Shown here one piece after another: positions 23,936-37,036 of a stretch of 64,000 nucleotides of DNA. The stretch is taken from contig CM121342.1 in NCBI GenBank assembly GCA_051530055.1, positions 14,027,480 to 14,091,479 on the forward strand, read 5' to 3'. Numbering within the stretch: the first letter of the stretch is position 1; each line of letters begins with the position of its first letter. The DNA is from Neoechinorhynchus agilis (Eukaryota > Animalia > Acanthocephala). A program made the position numbers and the translations under genes. Under the pieces are notes generated by a model, which made no database searches, had not been told where the DNA came from, and saw only the letters and a list, made by a program, of their open reading frames with translations.

Positions 23936-24329
23936 ACATCGTACTCGGGAACGTTTTGGAAAAATCTATCTATATTAAACAATGCGACTACGCAACAGAG
24001 ATGCCTTCTATCAATTAAGTGTCAGAAATGAATATTAGCAGAAGTGTACGGGTTGGCGACCCTTCGCCGTTGCTGAACCCTGAACATTAGAAGGCTAAAG
24101 CGACACCACTCATGGAAGTCCTCAATGGTCATCCAGAATCCCCGACAACTTGGGACTCTGGCCACTGCTGTAACCGGAAATTGGTCACCTTCGTCTCAAC
24201 TTCTAGTTTTCCCATGGACCGTGGGATTTCCGAGCTCAGGCAACCGGATATGGAATATCAGTTACTCTCACGTTTTCTTATGGTCCTCGTACTTCTTTTT
24301 TGAATGGAAAGCAATATAATCGATCAAGA

Positions 24330-24830
24330 TACGGCTAGGGCGTAGCATCTATGCGACGCGGAACATTATCTTCAGGATAGATCTAGAAATATGCAACCGT
24401 CAGACCAACGAAGACGGCTAAAGAAGATAGTTGGAAACAGAACAACGAAATCATTGAGAAATCAATATCTCTCGGTATCAAATCCCTGCCAATTGCCCAA
24501 CAACTTAACTAGTCTCTGTGCCGAGCTGAGTGAAGGAACAAGAAAATGCGGAGGACAATAGAAGTAATTTAGATAAAATATCGAAACGACCATGACAAGA
24601 ACCAACATCGACCACGAAACCTGGATAAATCTCGCTTAGGACCGAATGATCTAGAAACGCACCTATCAAACTGCGTCATTCAAACACGAGACCGACCTCC
24701 TAAAAGATGCAGACGATAAGATGAAATTAAGAGAGAAGGTTCCACTCTGACCAAAGGGTCAAACTTTCGACTTCCGTTTTGATCTGAGCAGGATTATCGT
24801 ATGCAGGAGAGTGAGGAGTTGGCCTCTTCG
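24330..24830 (+). mobile_element. Possible decayed N-terminal part of a Penelope ORF
   Basis: STLTKGSNFRLP resembles the PLE N-terminal L-x-KGLNF motif. It lies between hammerhead motifs and has many stops. Confidence 0.35.
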
Positions 24831-24844
24831 ATGACTTTGTTTTA

Positions 24845-25230
24845 ACTACCCTTGTAGATTGAGGGTTTTTTAGGATCCTGAAGAAAGAGTAAAACTCCGA
24901 AATATTAGTTCGAAAATAAATTGATTTCAAACTTGTAAACTGCTAAAATAACGACAATCGAAAAGACAACATGCGGTTGAGAAATCAGTCGACAATCCAC
25001 CAATTGATCAACATGCGGTTGAACAAACCGTATTGTTGGAACAAAGGTGTATATTTCATCATCGGTCTTATTCTGACTACCCCCTTGTAGATCGCGTGTT
25101 TTCAGTACCCTGAAGAAGGAGTAAAACTCCGAAATATCGTACAAGAACTTTTTTCAACCGTGTATAGTGCTCCAATAAGGAAAACCGAGAAGACAACATG
25201 CGGTTGAGAAATCAGTCGACAATCCACCAA
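24845..25230 (+). repeat. About 230-bp-period direct duplication, each unit containing a hammerhead motif
   Basis: ctaccc..ttgtagat...cctgaagaa.gagtaaaactccgaaatat occurs at about 24847 and 25078. gaaaagacaacatgcggttgagaaatcagtcgacaatccaccaa occurs at about 24961 and 25188. Confidence 0.8.
25105..25142 (+). ncRNA. Minimal hammerhead ribozyme motif, second family
   Basis: GUAC-c-CUGAAGA-A-GGAG(UAAAA)CUCC-GAAAUAUC-GUAC. A degenerate sister copy lies at about 24872-24910. Confidence 0.6.
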
Positions 25231-25763
25231 CATATCTAAATACGTATTAAATGTTTTGAATACACTTTTCCCAAGTGAAATTGGAATAAAGACCTAAAAA
25301 CATAGCAAAAGAACTGTAGATGTTCGTTTAACTTAAAAATAATTGAAGCAAAAAATTTGCATACTAGGTAACTCCTGGTTTTTTCAACACGCTTTTAAAA
25401 ACGTCTGACGCGATTAAAAAGAGTCACTCTCGTTTAAGTGTCTTAGCCGATGTTGAAAGATCAATTTCTCAAGAATTGCGCCGTAGTTTTTCAAACAAAA
25501 CGATCAATTCCTGCATTTTTGAACGTCTGAAGTTTTATATTTTTATTTAATTTCCCTTCCGAAATTTTTAATCTGTAAGTTAGAATTTTGATTATAGCCT
25601 AAAAAAATTTCGGTTTTTTAATTCCAAATGTCCATCCTCACACGCTGTTGAATTCTGTTAATAAAGATTATAACGAGTGTAAAAGTATTTCATAGTCGCG
25701 ATCTTGTCCACATTTTTCGTTGTTAGCAAATCGTTTCTTCTTACTTTCTTTTGGTAGTTTTGC

Positions 25764-25876
25764 CATCCCGGATTTAAGTTCACTAATTTATTTCCCCGAT
25801 ATTTCGTCGGATAATTACGACATTATCAAGGTTTGTCTTTATGGGGAAATAAATTAGTGAACTTAAATCCTGGATG
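25764..25876. mobile_element. Short MITE-like hairpin (34-bp arms, 45-nt loop)
   Basis: catcccggatttaagttcactaatttatttcccc pairs with ggggaaataaattagtgaacttaaatcctggatg (1 mismatch). A related sequence lies at about 7454-7531 (-). Confidence 0.6.
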
Positions 25877-26080
25877 CCGAAGATAACAATCCAAGAAATC
25901 ATTTCTTTATAGTTGAAAGTCGAGCATGAAACTCAGAACAAATTCACAACTTCATTTGGTTATCTTCCCAAAAAATGGATCGAAACTTTTGTGTTTTACG
26001 TTTAGAAGCATTGTCTAAAATGTTCTTACTTTCAAACTTCTACGCATAAGAAACATTTTTTATTATTTAGCAATAAGGCT

Positions 26081-26761
26081 CTATTTTTTCCCATACAATC
26101 GCTTCGAATCTTTCCAATTTTGAATAGCACGACTAAGCGTGATCGCAGGCTTCCGTGGTGCAATAAAAACCCCTGGCATTGATGCTACTGAAATCAATCC
26201 GTTTTTGTATTTGGATTGATTCGTTGCATTCATATCGTTGAGACTTGAGTCGGAACTAAACTCAATAATGTTTCCACTCTCCAACGCCGACATGGAGGCA
26301 ACACTTGACTCAGTACTGTTAACCGCGTGTCTTTCAACTATCCCGGATAATGAATCGTAATCGTTATAAATCATGTCCTTTTCGCCGTAATCATTTGATG
26401 TTAATTCAAATTTGCATCTTTCCATCGGCGCATCGAACGCCTCTGAACGCACAATTGCTGCATTTGTGATTGTATTTTCATCGAGGCTACCTTGCAACTC
26501 GCGATTATAATCCGAGGAATACTCGCTCATTTCTCTCAGTTTCACGAGTGGAATAGGACCTTTGACTTTCGGTATTTCATCCATTGATCGGAAAAATGAT
26601 GCCGTACATGACCGAGTTCGATCAACGTACAAATTTGGTACGTCCACAGCGGCCGTATCGTGTTCACTGTTGAGATTTTGAGAATCAGAGCCCCTCATTC
26701 CAAGCGCAATTGATATAATCCTATGCAATTCTTTGCCAATACAAACAAGACCACCGTACAT
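26081..26761 (-). CDS. Unidentified 226-aa ORF, possibly the last exon of a longer gene
   Basis: A long open frame in otherwise AT-rich DNA; no motif recognised. Confidence 0.45.
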   Translation of the reverse strand: MYGGLVCIGKELHRIISIALGMRGSDSQNLNSEHDTAAVDVPNLYVDRTRSCTASFFRSMDEIPKVKGPIPLVKLREMSEYSSDYNRELQGSLDENTITNAAIVRSEAFDAPMERCKFELTSNDYGEKDMIYNDYDSLSGIVERHAVNSTESSVASMSALESGNIIEFSSDSSLNDMNATNQSKYKNGLISVASMPGVFIAPRKPAITLSRAIQNWKDSKRLYGKK

Positions 26762-27741
26762 TTTACAATCGATTTTTAATACTAAAAGACATTGGGAAAA
26801 GAAAACTCAATCTCTATGGAAACAGTATTCCACTTCTGTTTCAGAATCTGTCTGGTTATGATAAATGTAAAAAAACACAGCAAACTCCAATAAATAGTCA
26901 ACAGTTCAATTCCTAGGATAAATTTCGATCGTTTAACATTTGCATTTGACACAAACTAACAAATATTGAACTGTATGTGAAAACGATAATAATAAACGAA
27001 TATCTTTGAGCAGCAATAATGAGACACAAAAAGTTTAAACGCAAAGATATTGAAAAAGTATTTATTGCCATCAAATCAAGAAAACATCATAGAGAATTCT
27101 AAGATCAGTCACATAACAAAGCAAGCCTTTGTGGGTGTCGAATTCACAGCATTTCTATTTTCCTTACAATCGCACCTTTTATCGATTGACACGCCATTCA
27201 TAACACTCTGAATGTGTCGTCCGCATCCTATCGACTGATTAGAACCGATTTATAAACGGAAAAGAACCTCTCCAGGTTGTCTTTTTACAGACGTCGATCT
27301 CGGTTTTGTAACACATCCTAAAAAGAACTTCACGGAAATGTTTAAAAGATAAAATATTTTAGTAGCAAAGCTTGGAGAAAAAGTGTAAAAAAGCCAACGC
27401 GATCAGAGGATATTCTTTTTAAATCGAAAACTTCAATTCTTCTTGGGTTCTAGACCTAAAAATCCGTGAACGTTCTACAGTCAAAATAATGATTTTAACG
27501 AAAAAAATCTCTCGAGTTTCCCACTTATAAAATAAAGCATTCCTTTTGTTATACTTGTTAGTTGTTGCGAATGAGCTTAGAACACGTATGTGCATGTTCA
27601 TGAGTTATTCAACGAAAATTAACAAAACGTTAAATTCACTGAAATGAAGAATCAATGTGAACTTTATTTAACAAAAGATTTTTTTTACTGTGGAGCAAAA
27701 AATTTGCCTTGAGGTTGTGTTGGGTGTAGATTCTTATTAGT

Positions 27742-27854
<113 letters not shown>

Positions 27855-27870
27855 TTTAACAAAAGATTTT

Positions 27871-30800
27871 TTACTGTGGAACAAAAAATTTGCCTTGAGG
27901 TTGTGTTGGGTGTGGATTCTTATTTAGTAGTTGCTTTACAAACAAATCTTCGTCTTCTGTGACCCGAACGGTAGCATTCATTTGAGACCAGGCGCTCACA
28001 TGTCCGGACCGTCCTCCCGTTTTGTAACCCATTCGACGTTCAAGTGGAACCTCACCGGTGAGCAGAATTGGCGGAGGTTGAAGTTGGGCGTCGCTTTGGT
28101 CGTTGCTTTCATCGTGCTCGTCCGTATTGACCCACCGTTTTCTTCGCTCACAGTAGAAAAGTTTCTTCTCGGAATCGTCCGGTAGGATGGCGACCGGTAT
28201 TTGTTTAGTTTTGCTTTGCGGTCTTAGAATTCCACTAAAAAGGCTGAAGAGTCCTTTCACGGGTTCTGGAGACGATCGGTTCGATTTGCTTGTTTCATTT
28301 TGACCCCCAACATTTGGAGAGTTCATCGACATTTTTGCCATTGCATCATTCAACTTTTCTATATCTGGACTTTGATTGCAATCATTAACCAAAGGATAAA
28401 ACGCTTGACGAGGCGTTAGAGGTCTGGGAGGCAATGCCGATGGAATTGGTTCACTTGCAATCAATGTTGGTTCCATACCAAGGTTTTGATGTGCCAAATC
28501 ATGACACGATTCAACTTCAAGCGATTGAAACACCTCCTCCTCTTTTGGCACAATAGATGGTTCGTACGCCGGGAACGAATGCTCGTGTTGTTCATCAAGA
28601 ATTTCCTGTAAAACGGAGAAATTAAAAAATCGTTTTAATCGTCAATCGGGTAGACTTTATTGAAGACAAACACGCAACAGGCTCCGATCGATCGTAGTCA
28701 AGTCACTAAAAATCGAAATCGATTAGAAATGAGATCGCGAGCAGAGCAGCATGCAGCGTGCTGTTTCGGTACTACCACTTTTGTTGCGAATTAAATCAAA
28801 ATATCTCAGTTTAACTGTCAAAATGTGTATGAAAGTTAATTTTAGAATCTTTCTTGGTCGCATGCAAAACTTAAGGTGGGTCGACTATTCAACTCTCATT
28901 CTAATTTAAAACAGCGAAACCGGAGCCAATGTATAGGCAAAAGAATATAATCAATGTATACGATTGGACTTACACTGTCTTCTGTTTTGTCGACATTTTG
29001 TTCGCTGATTTGGTAATCATCAATACTCTGCGTTTCGTTCCTTGGTGCGTTCAATTGTTCAGTGGATTTAAACGAAGACTCCTGCCGTTCACACTCTTGA
29101 ACAAACCTCAAGTCCATTTCCGGGTTGTGTCGATGTGATTCTGCACACGGACAACGAACGAGATTGAACATTCGCTGCTGAAGCGAAACGAGCCATGCAG
29201 GAAGTTGAAAGATGCCGTATTGGAATTCGGGCAGATGCTGTGTTAATCGGTACGATAAGTCGACGACCAGTGAACACACGGTGATTTGATCATGAACATT
29301 CTCTTCTTCTACGAAATTTTGGGCGATCGCCTCGCAATACTTCCAAGCTCGATCGTAATGCCCAACTTCAGCGAGCGCATGCGCCAGCAAAACTTTGAAT
29401 TTGAAAAGCGAGGGAATCCAGCGTTCAATTACGTCTTCGTAAATTTCAGTGAGTTGAATACAGTCTAGAATAGAGCTCAATAGTGAGATAGTACCCTTCT
29501 GGTCGAAAAGAAGTTCTCTGATTCCAAAATTGCTCACATCTTTATTGCAGCCAAGCAATCCTGATGACGGAAGGGATCCATCAAAAAGGAGGTCGCAGAT
29601 TTCGACTGCAATGTGACGTTTCATTTGTGTCAAAGTAGATTTTAGAGTCGAAATCGAAGCTGATATTAAATTTGGATTGCGCTGATCTCGCAATGATAAA
29701 ACTATGGCCAAATGTTTTCTCCATTGCCCATCGATCATGTATTCTGAATTCTAAATGAAATTCAATACAGTCGTTCGTTATGCTACATAAAATACTCACG
29801 TTCAATGTAGAAGGAACTTTTGATAGAAGAAGTTCATAGAACGTTATCAGTGCGCGATTTGACGGCGATATCACTTGTTTTCCAAGCCAATCGATGTACC
29901 TAATGATCAGTTCGATTTTCAAGAGTTGTAATAAATTTCGATATCGGTTTTTTATATAAAAATTGGATGAAAAAGGCTTTCAAAAAATTTCTGAAGAAAA
30001 CTTTCAATGGGATGCGCATTACATTCGTGTGAACGACAAAAATAACATCAAAGTCATTCTTTTTGGAGAGGCCATTTAGAGTTTTTCCATCAAAGATCTC
30101 CGTGTATACAGTTATTTGAAAAATTCAATTCTAGCGGCAAACAATAAACCAGGAAATTCCATTGATTATGATTTTGAGATGCCGAATTTTGAAACATAAT
30201 AGAAAATCGTGCTTTTACAGCTTCAAGTCCATAATTTTAGTTGACCGAACTACGACAAATCTCTATAGAGGTTAAGAGCCAATTTAAAGTTTGAAATCGG
30301 ACGAAAATAAACAAGGATGCGATACTGATTTCGGATGTTACTTACGAATGTAAAAGTCTGATTTGATCGCTTGACGAATTAGAAAACAGTGACAGAAAAA
30401 GCGCTTGACTCCAATCCGAATGTTCTTGGGCGAAATGCATTGCGCTGTTGGCACCGACGAACAGTGAATCAGACGAGGCAACAATGCAAAGAAGATTGGA
30501 CTGCTCCTGTGAACCGGAAGCCTGATACTTTTCTGCACCTTCAGTTCGGTTGGAACCATCAAAATCAATAAGATCATCGATTTTAAGCTGGCGCGTTAAA
30601 ACGCTCCATAAATCAAAAGGAAGTTTGAATTTGACGGCACGATCTATATGGACGCTTTTGGACAAGAAGTCGTGAACGAGATCCCACAAAAGTTTCATAT
30701 CTTCCTGATCCCCGTTTGCTTCTTGTAATTGATCGCTATGTGATCGGCATATTTTAAGCAGTCGATGAACGGGCAACAAGCGTCGGTCAACGGGGCCGAA

Positions 30801-31416
30801 GTGTCCAGTTAAATCGACAGCATATCGACGATAATTTCGTTTTACTACAATCTTTCCGTTGTTCGTTGTAAATAACAGAAATTCTTGGTTGAATGAAACG
30901 CAAGTTTGTCTTTTTGTGACTTCGACTTTAATCGGATCAACAGACTGAATAGATTCTTCGCGTTCAATCGTCTGGATCATGTCGCTTGGAGGTTGAGACC
31001 GTCTTGAGACTCGGCCTGGTCTTCTTCGATGCCGAGGTGACTGCGGCTGTTGTTGATAGTAATAATCGGACGCAAGAGAAGGTGTCATGTGCCCTGGGAT
31101 GGTACTGATGGGAGCAACTAAAGCATAAAATTGACCGTTCGATTCGAACACTTGAGGATGTGGATACATCATTCCAGGAAAAGTGGATGTTGCCCATTGA
31201 CCATATGGATCAACTGATGATGGGTTTCTAGAACGCCGGTGATGATGCCGTCCGTCTTGGTCGTTGTGGGTCGGCGGACGAAGCCGTTGATTGATCCGAC
31301 GGAGGTCTAAAATGACGCTGGAATGAGTACGAATGTCTTTGGACTAACCGAAAAGACAAAGGATCCACTGGTTGCGATTTAGGCAGATTTGAGGAATCGT
31401 TTGCTCGATTGTTCAT
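27871..31416 (-). CDS. SEC16: Sec16-like COPII scaffold, left copy; small indels in the first exons appear to shift the frame
   Basis: Mirror of 32667-36215, with two 1-nt deletions in the 5' exons relative to the right copy. Confidence 0.7.
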
Positions 31417-31689
31417 GTCTTAAAACTCTATACTTCGAAAAGCGATTAACAAAAAAAAGCGTGAGGTAACAACTGGTACCTGAATTCGACATTCGAATCT
31501 AAATTCTTTCCGATTTAATAAACCGTTCAATACTCATAAGTTGACCGTTAAATCGGACGACTCACTCGGTGCCGAACGCTATTGTCGATTACGTTTAAAA
31601 TTTTTTAAATGTCAACAAACTCATATGCAAATAAATACTCCATAGACCTTTCAGAGTTTGTTGTCAATCTTGAATAAGAATTTTTCGAT

Positions 31690-32100
31690 ATCCTACCTTC
31701 ACTATCCTGCAAACCCATATCCTACCCCGAAGTTCCAAATGACTTTCGACGAGTCACCTACCGCAGAATTTCCTAAACTCTTCCTTCGTAAACACCCGTA
31801 ACCGCAACCTTTTTTCATCCCCCCCCTCGCTCGTACCATCCTCTACCAAAAATCTTTCTTCCCCCAAGCCCAATCTTTCCTTAATAACCGGAGAACAAGG
31901 AAAGGCTCCCAATCGGTCATCTCCTGTACAAAGCCTTCGATCGCACATTAAAACTCCTTCAAAGACAAGTCCCACCTCCCTTGCTTTCAACATCCGTCAT
32001 CCAGACACCTTCAGCAAAAATAGATGCGGGCAAGTGTGTGGATCCTGACACCGTGTGTGGATCTTATGGCTTTCGATAAGTCGAGTTGAATAAAACGAGC
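31690..32100 (+). mobile_element. Internally deleted LINE 3' fragment at the apex of duplication 2; partial mirror 32138-32395 (-)
   Basis: cccatatcctaccccgaagttccaaatgactttcgacgagtcacctaccgcagaat aligns with 14175-14230 (PISYPEVPNDFRRVT versus PISYPELPNDILRVT). aacacccgtaa...ttcatcc is also shared. It ends with aataaaacg in the spacer. Confidence 0.7.
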
Positions 32101-32137
32101 GTAGAAGCGTGTCATAAATGCAAGGAGTAAGGCATCG

Positions 32138-35100
32138 GCGATCGAAGGCTTTGTACAGGAGATGACCGATTGGGAGCCTTTCCTTGTTCTCCGGTTATTA
32201 AGGAAAGATTGGGCTTGGGGGAAGAAAGATTTTTGGTAGAGGATGGTACGAGCGAGGGGGGATGAAAAAGGTTGCGGTTACGGGTGTTTACGAAGGAAGA
32301 GTTTAGGAAATTCTGCGGTAGAGTGACTCGTCGAAAGTCATTTGGAACTTCGGGGTAGGATATGGGTTTGCAGGATAGTGAAGGTAGGATATCGAAAAAA
32401 ATTCTTATTCAAGATTGACAACAAACTCTGAAAGGTCTATGGAGTATTTATTTGCATATGAGTTTGTTGACATTTAAAAATTTTTAAACGTAATCGACAA
32501 TAGCGTTCGGCACCGAGTGAGTCGTCCGATTTAACGGTCAACTTATGAGTATTGAACGGTTTATTAAATCGGAAAGAATTTAGATTCGAATGTCGAATTC
32601 AGGTACCAGTTGTTACCTCACGCTTTTTTTTGTTAATCGCTTTTTCGAAGTATAGAGTTTTAAGACATGAACAATCGAGCAAACGATTCCTCAAATCTGC
32701 CTAAATCGCAACCAGTGGATCCTTTGTCTTTTTCGGTTAGTCCAAAGAGCATTCGTACTCATTCCAGCGTCATTTTAGACCTCCGTCGGATCAATCAACG
32801 GCTTCGTCCGCCGACCCACAACGACCGGAGACCGACGGCATCATCACCGGCGTTCTAGAAACCCATCATCAGTTGATCCATATGGTCAATGGGCAACATC
32901 CACTTTTCCTGGAATGATGTATCCACATCCTCAAGTGTTCGAATCGAACGGTCAATTTTATGCTTTAGTTGCTCCCATCAGTACCATCCCAGGGCACATG
33001 ACACCTTCTCTTGCGTCCGATTATTACTATCAACAACAGCCGCAGTCACCTCGGCATCGAAGAAGACCAGGCCGAGTCTCAAGACGGTCTCAACCTCCAA
33101 GCGACATGATCCAGACGATTGAACGCGAAGAATCTATTCAGTCTGTTGATCCGATTAAAGTCGAAGTCACAAAAAGACAAACTTGCGTTTCATTCAACCA
33201 AGAATTTCTGTTATTTACAACGAACAACGGAAAGATTGTAGTAAAACGAAATTATCGTCGATATGCTGTCGATTTAACTGGACACTTCGGCCCCGTTGAC
33301 CGACGCTTGTTGCCCGTTCATCGACTGCTTAAAATATGCCGATCACATAGCGATCAATTACAAGAAGCAAACGGGGATCAGGAAGATATGAAACTTTTGT
33401 GGGATCTCGTTCACGACTTCTTGTCCAAAAGCGTCCATATAGATCGTGCCGTCAAATTCAAACTTCCTTTTGATTTATGGAGCGTTTTAACGCGCCAGCT
33501 TAAAATCGATGATCTTATTGATTTTGATGGTTCCAACCGAACTGAAGGTGCAGAAAAGTATCAGGCTTCCGGTTCACAGGAGCAGTCCAATCTTCTTTGC
33601 ATTGTTGCCTCGTCTGATTCACTGTTCGTCGGTGCCAACAGCGCAATGCATTTCGCCCAAGAACATTCGGATTGGAGTCAAGCGCTTTTTCTGTCACTGT
33701 TTTCTAATTCGTCAAGCGATCAAATCAGACTTTTACATTCGTAAGTAACATCCGAAATCAGTATCGCATCCTTGTTTATTTTCGTCCGATTTCAAACTTT
33801 AAATTGGCTCTTAACCTCTATAGAGATTTGTCGTAGTTCGGTCAACTAAAATTATGGACTTGAAGCTGTAAAAGCACGATTTTCTATTATGTTTCAAAAT
33901 TCGGCATCTCAAAATCATAATCAATGGAATTTCCTGGTTTATTGTTTGCCGCTAGAATTGAATTTTTCAAATAACTGTATACACGGAGATCTTTGATGGA
34001 AAAACTCTAAATGGCCTCTCCAAAAAGAATGACTTTGATGTTATTTTTGTCGTTCACACGAATGTAATGCGCATCCCATTGAAAGTTTTCTTCAGAAATT
34101 TTTTGAAAGCCTTTTTCATCCAATTTTTATATAAAAAACCGATATCGAAATTTATTACAACTCTTGAAAATCGAACTGATCATTAGGTACATCGATTGGC
34201 TTGGAAAACAAGTGATATCGCCGTCAAATCGCGCACTGATAACGTTCTATGAACTTCTTCTATCAAAAGTTCCTTCTACATTGAACGTGAGTATTTTATG
34301 TAGCATAACGAACGACTGTATTGAATTTCATTTAGAATTCAGAATACATGATCGATGGGCAATGGAGAAAACATTTGGCCATAGTTTTATCATTGCGAGA
34401 TCAGCGCAATCCAAATTTAATATCAGCTTCGATTTCGACTCTAAAATCTACTTTGACACAAATGAAACGTCACATTGCAGTCGAAATCTGCGACCTCCTT
34501 TTTGATGGATCCCTTCCGTCATCAGGATTGCTTGGCTGCAATAAAGATGTGAGCAATTTTGGAATCAGAGAACTTCTTTTCGACCAGAAGGGTACTATCT
34601 CACTATTGAGCTCTATTCTAGACTGTATTCAACTCACTGAAATTTACGAAGACGTAATTGAACGCTGGATTCCCTCGCTTTTCAAATTCAAAGTTTTGCT
34701 GGCGCATGCGCTCGCTGAAGTTGGGCATTACGATCGAGCTTGGAAGTATTGCGAGGCGATCGCCCAAAATTTCGTAGAAGAAGAGAATGTTCATGATCAA
34801 ATCACCGTGTGTTCACTGGTCGTCGACTTATCGTACCGATTAACACAGCATCTGCCCGAATTCCAATACGGCATCTTTCAACTTCCTGCATGGCTCGTTT
34901 CGCTTCAGCAGCGAATGTTCAATCTCGTTCGTTGTCCGTGTGCAGAATCACATCGACACAACCCGGAAATGGACTTGAGGTTTGTTCAAGAGTGTGAACG
35001 GCAGGAGTCTTCGTTTAAATCCACTGAACAATTGAACGCACCAAGGAACGAAACGCAGAGTATTGATGATTACCAAATCAGCGAACAAAATGTCGACAAA

Positions 35101-37036
35101 ACAGAAGACAGTGTAAGTCCAATCGTATACATTGATTATATTCTTTTGCCTATACATTGGCTCCGGTTTCGCTGTTTTAAATTAGAATGAGAGTTGAATA
35201 GTCGACCCACCTTAAGTTTTGCATGCGACCAAGAAAGATTCTAAAATTAACTTTCATACACATTTTGACAGTTAAACTGAGATATTTTGATTTAATTCGC
35301 AACAAAAGTGGTAGTACCGAAACAGCACGCTGCATGCTGCTCTGCTCGCGATCTCATTTCTAATCGATTTCGATTTTTAGTGACTTGACTACGATCGATC
35401 GGAGCCTGTTGCGTGTTTGTCTTCAATAAAGTCTACCCGATTGACGATTAAAACGATTTTTTAATTTCTCCGTTTTACAGGAAATTCTTGATGAACAAGA
35501 CGAGCATTCGTTCCCGGCGTACGAACCATCTATTGTGCCAAAAGAGGAGGAGGTGTTTCAATCGCTTGAAGTTGAATCGTGTCATGATTTGGCACATCAA
35601 AACCTTGGTATGGAACCAACATTGATTGCAAGTGAACCAATTCCATCGGCATTGCCTCCCAGACCTCTAACGCCTCGTCAAGCGTTTTATCCTTTGGTTA
35701 ATGATTGCAATCAAAGTCCAGATATAGAAAAGTTGAATGATGCAATGGCAAAAATGTCGATGAACTCTCCAAATGTTGGGGGTCAAAATGAAACAAGCAA
35801 ATCGAACCGATCGTCTCCAGAACCCGTGAAAGGACTCTTCAGCCTTTTTAGTGGAATTCTAAGACCGCAAAGCAAAACTAAACAAATACCGGTCGCCATC
35901 CTACCGGACGATTCCGAGAAGAAACTTTTCTACTGTGAGCGAAGAAAACGGTGGGTCAATACGGACGAGCACGATGAAAGCAACGACCAAAGCGACGCCC
36001 AACTTCAACCTCCGCCAATTCTGCTCACCGGTGAGGTTCCACTTGAACGTCGAATGGGTTACAAAACGGGAGGACGGTCCGGACATGTGAGCGCCTGGTC
36101 TCAAATGAATGCTACCGTTCGGGTCACAGAAGACGAAGATTTGTTTGTAAAGCAACTACTAAATAAGAATCCACACCCAACACAACCTCAAGGCAAATTT
36201 TTTGTTCCACAGTAAAAAATCTTTTGTTAAATAAAGTTCACATTGATTCTTCATTTCAGTGAATTTAACGTTTTGTTAATTTTCGTTGAATAACTCATGA
36301 ACATGCACATACGTGTTCTAAGCTCATTCGCAACAACTAACGAGTATAACAAAAGGAATGCTTTATTTTATAAGTGGGAAACTCGAGAGATTTTTTTCGT
36401 TAAAATCATTATTTTGACTGTAGAACGTTCACGGATTTTTAGGTCTAGAACCCAAGAAGAATTGAAGTTTTCGATTTAAAAAGAATATCCTCTGATCGCG
36501 TTGGCTTTTTTACACTTTTTCTCCAAGCTTTGCTACTAAAATATTTTATCTTTTAATTTTTCTTTTTTCTCCAAGCTTTGCTACTAAAATATTTTATCTT
36601 TTAAACATTTCCGTGAAGTTCTTTTTAGGATGTGTTACAAAACCGAGATCGACGTCTGTAAAAAGACAACCTGGAGAGGTTCTTTTCCGTTTATAAATCG
36701 GTTCTAATCAGTCGATAGGATGCGGACGACACATTCAGAGTGTTATGAATGGCGTGTCAATCGATAAAAGGTGCGATTGTAAGGAAAATAGAAATGCTGT
36801 GAATTCGACACCCACAAAGGCTTGCTTTGTTATGTGACTGATCTTAGAATTCTCTATGGTGTTTTCTTGATTTGATGGCAATAAATACTTTTTCAATATC
36901 TTTGCGTTTAAACTTTTTGTGTCTCATTATTGCTGCTCAAAGATATTCGTTTATTATTATCGTTTTCACATACAGTTCAATATTTGTTAGTTTGTGTCAA
37001 ATGCAAATGTTAAACGATCGAAATTTATCCTAGGAA
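32138..37036. repeat. Right arm of inverted duplication 2
   Basis: Reverse complement of 26910-31944. It lacks the poly-G block and has a private 48-bp tandem duplication at 36516-36604. Confidence 0.97.
32667..36215 (+). CDS. SEC16: Sec16-like COPII scaffold, right copy, with GT-AG introns (about 32736-32778, 33743-34330, 35112-35479)
   Basis: MHFAQEHSDWSQALFLS, QWRKHLAIVLS...STL..TL..MKRHIAVEICDLL, FKVLLAHALAEVGHYDRAWKYCEAIA, C-terminal FYCERRKRWVN. Confidence 0.8.

Noticed and set aside
36516-36604. 48-bp tandem duplication in one arm
   Set aside because: It is private to one arm in T-rich sequence, so slippage or a consensus error is likely.
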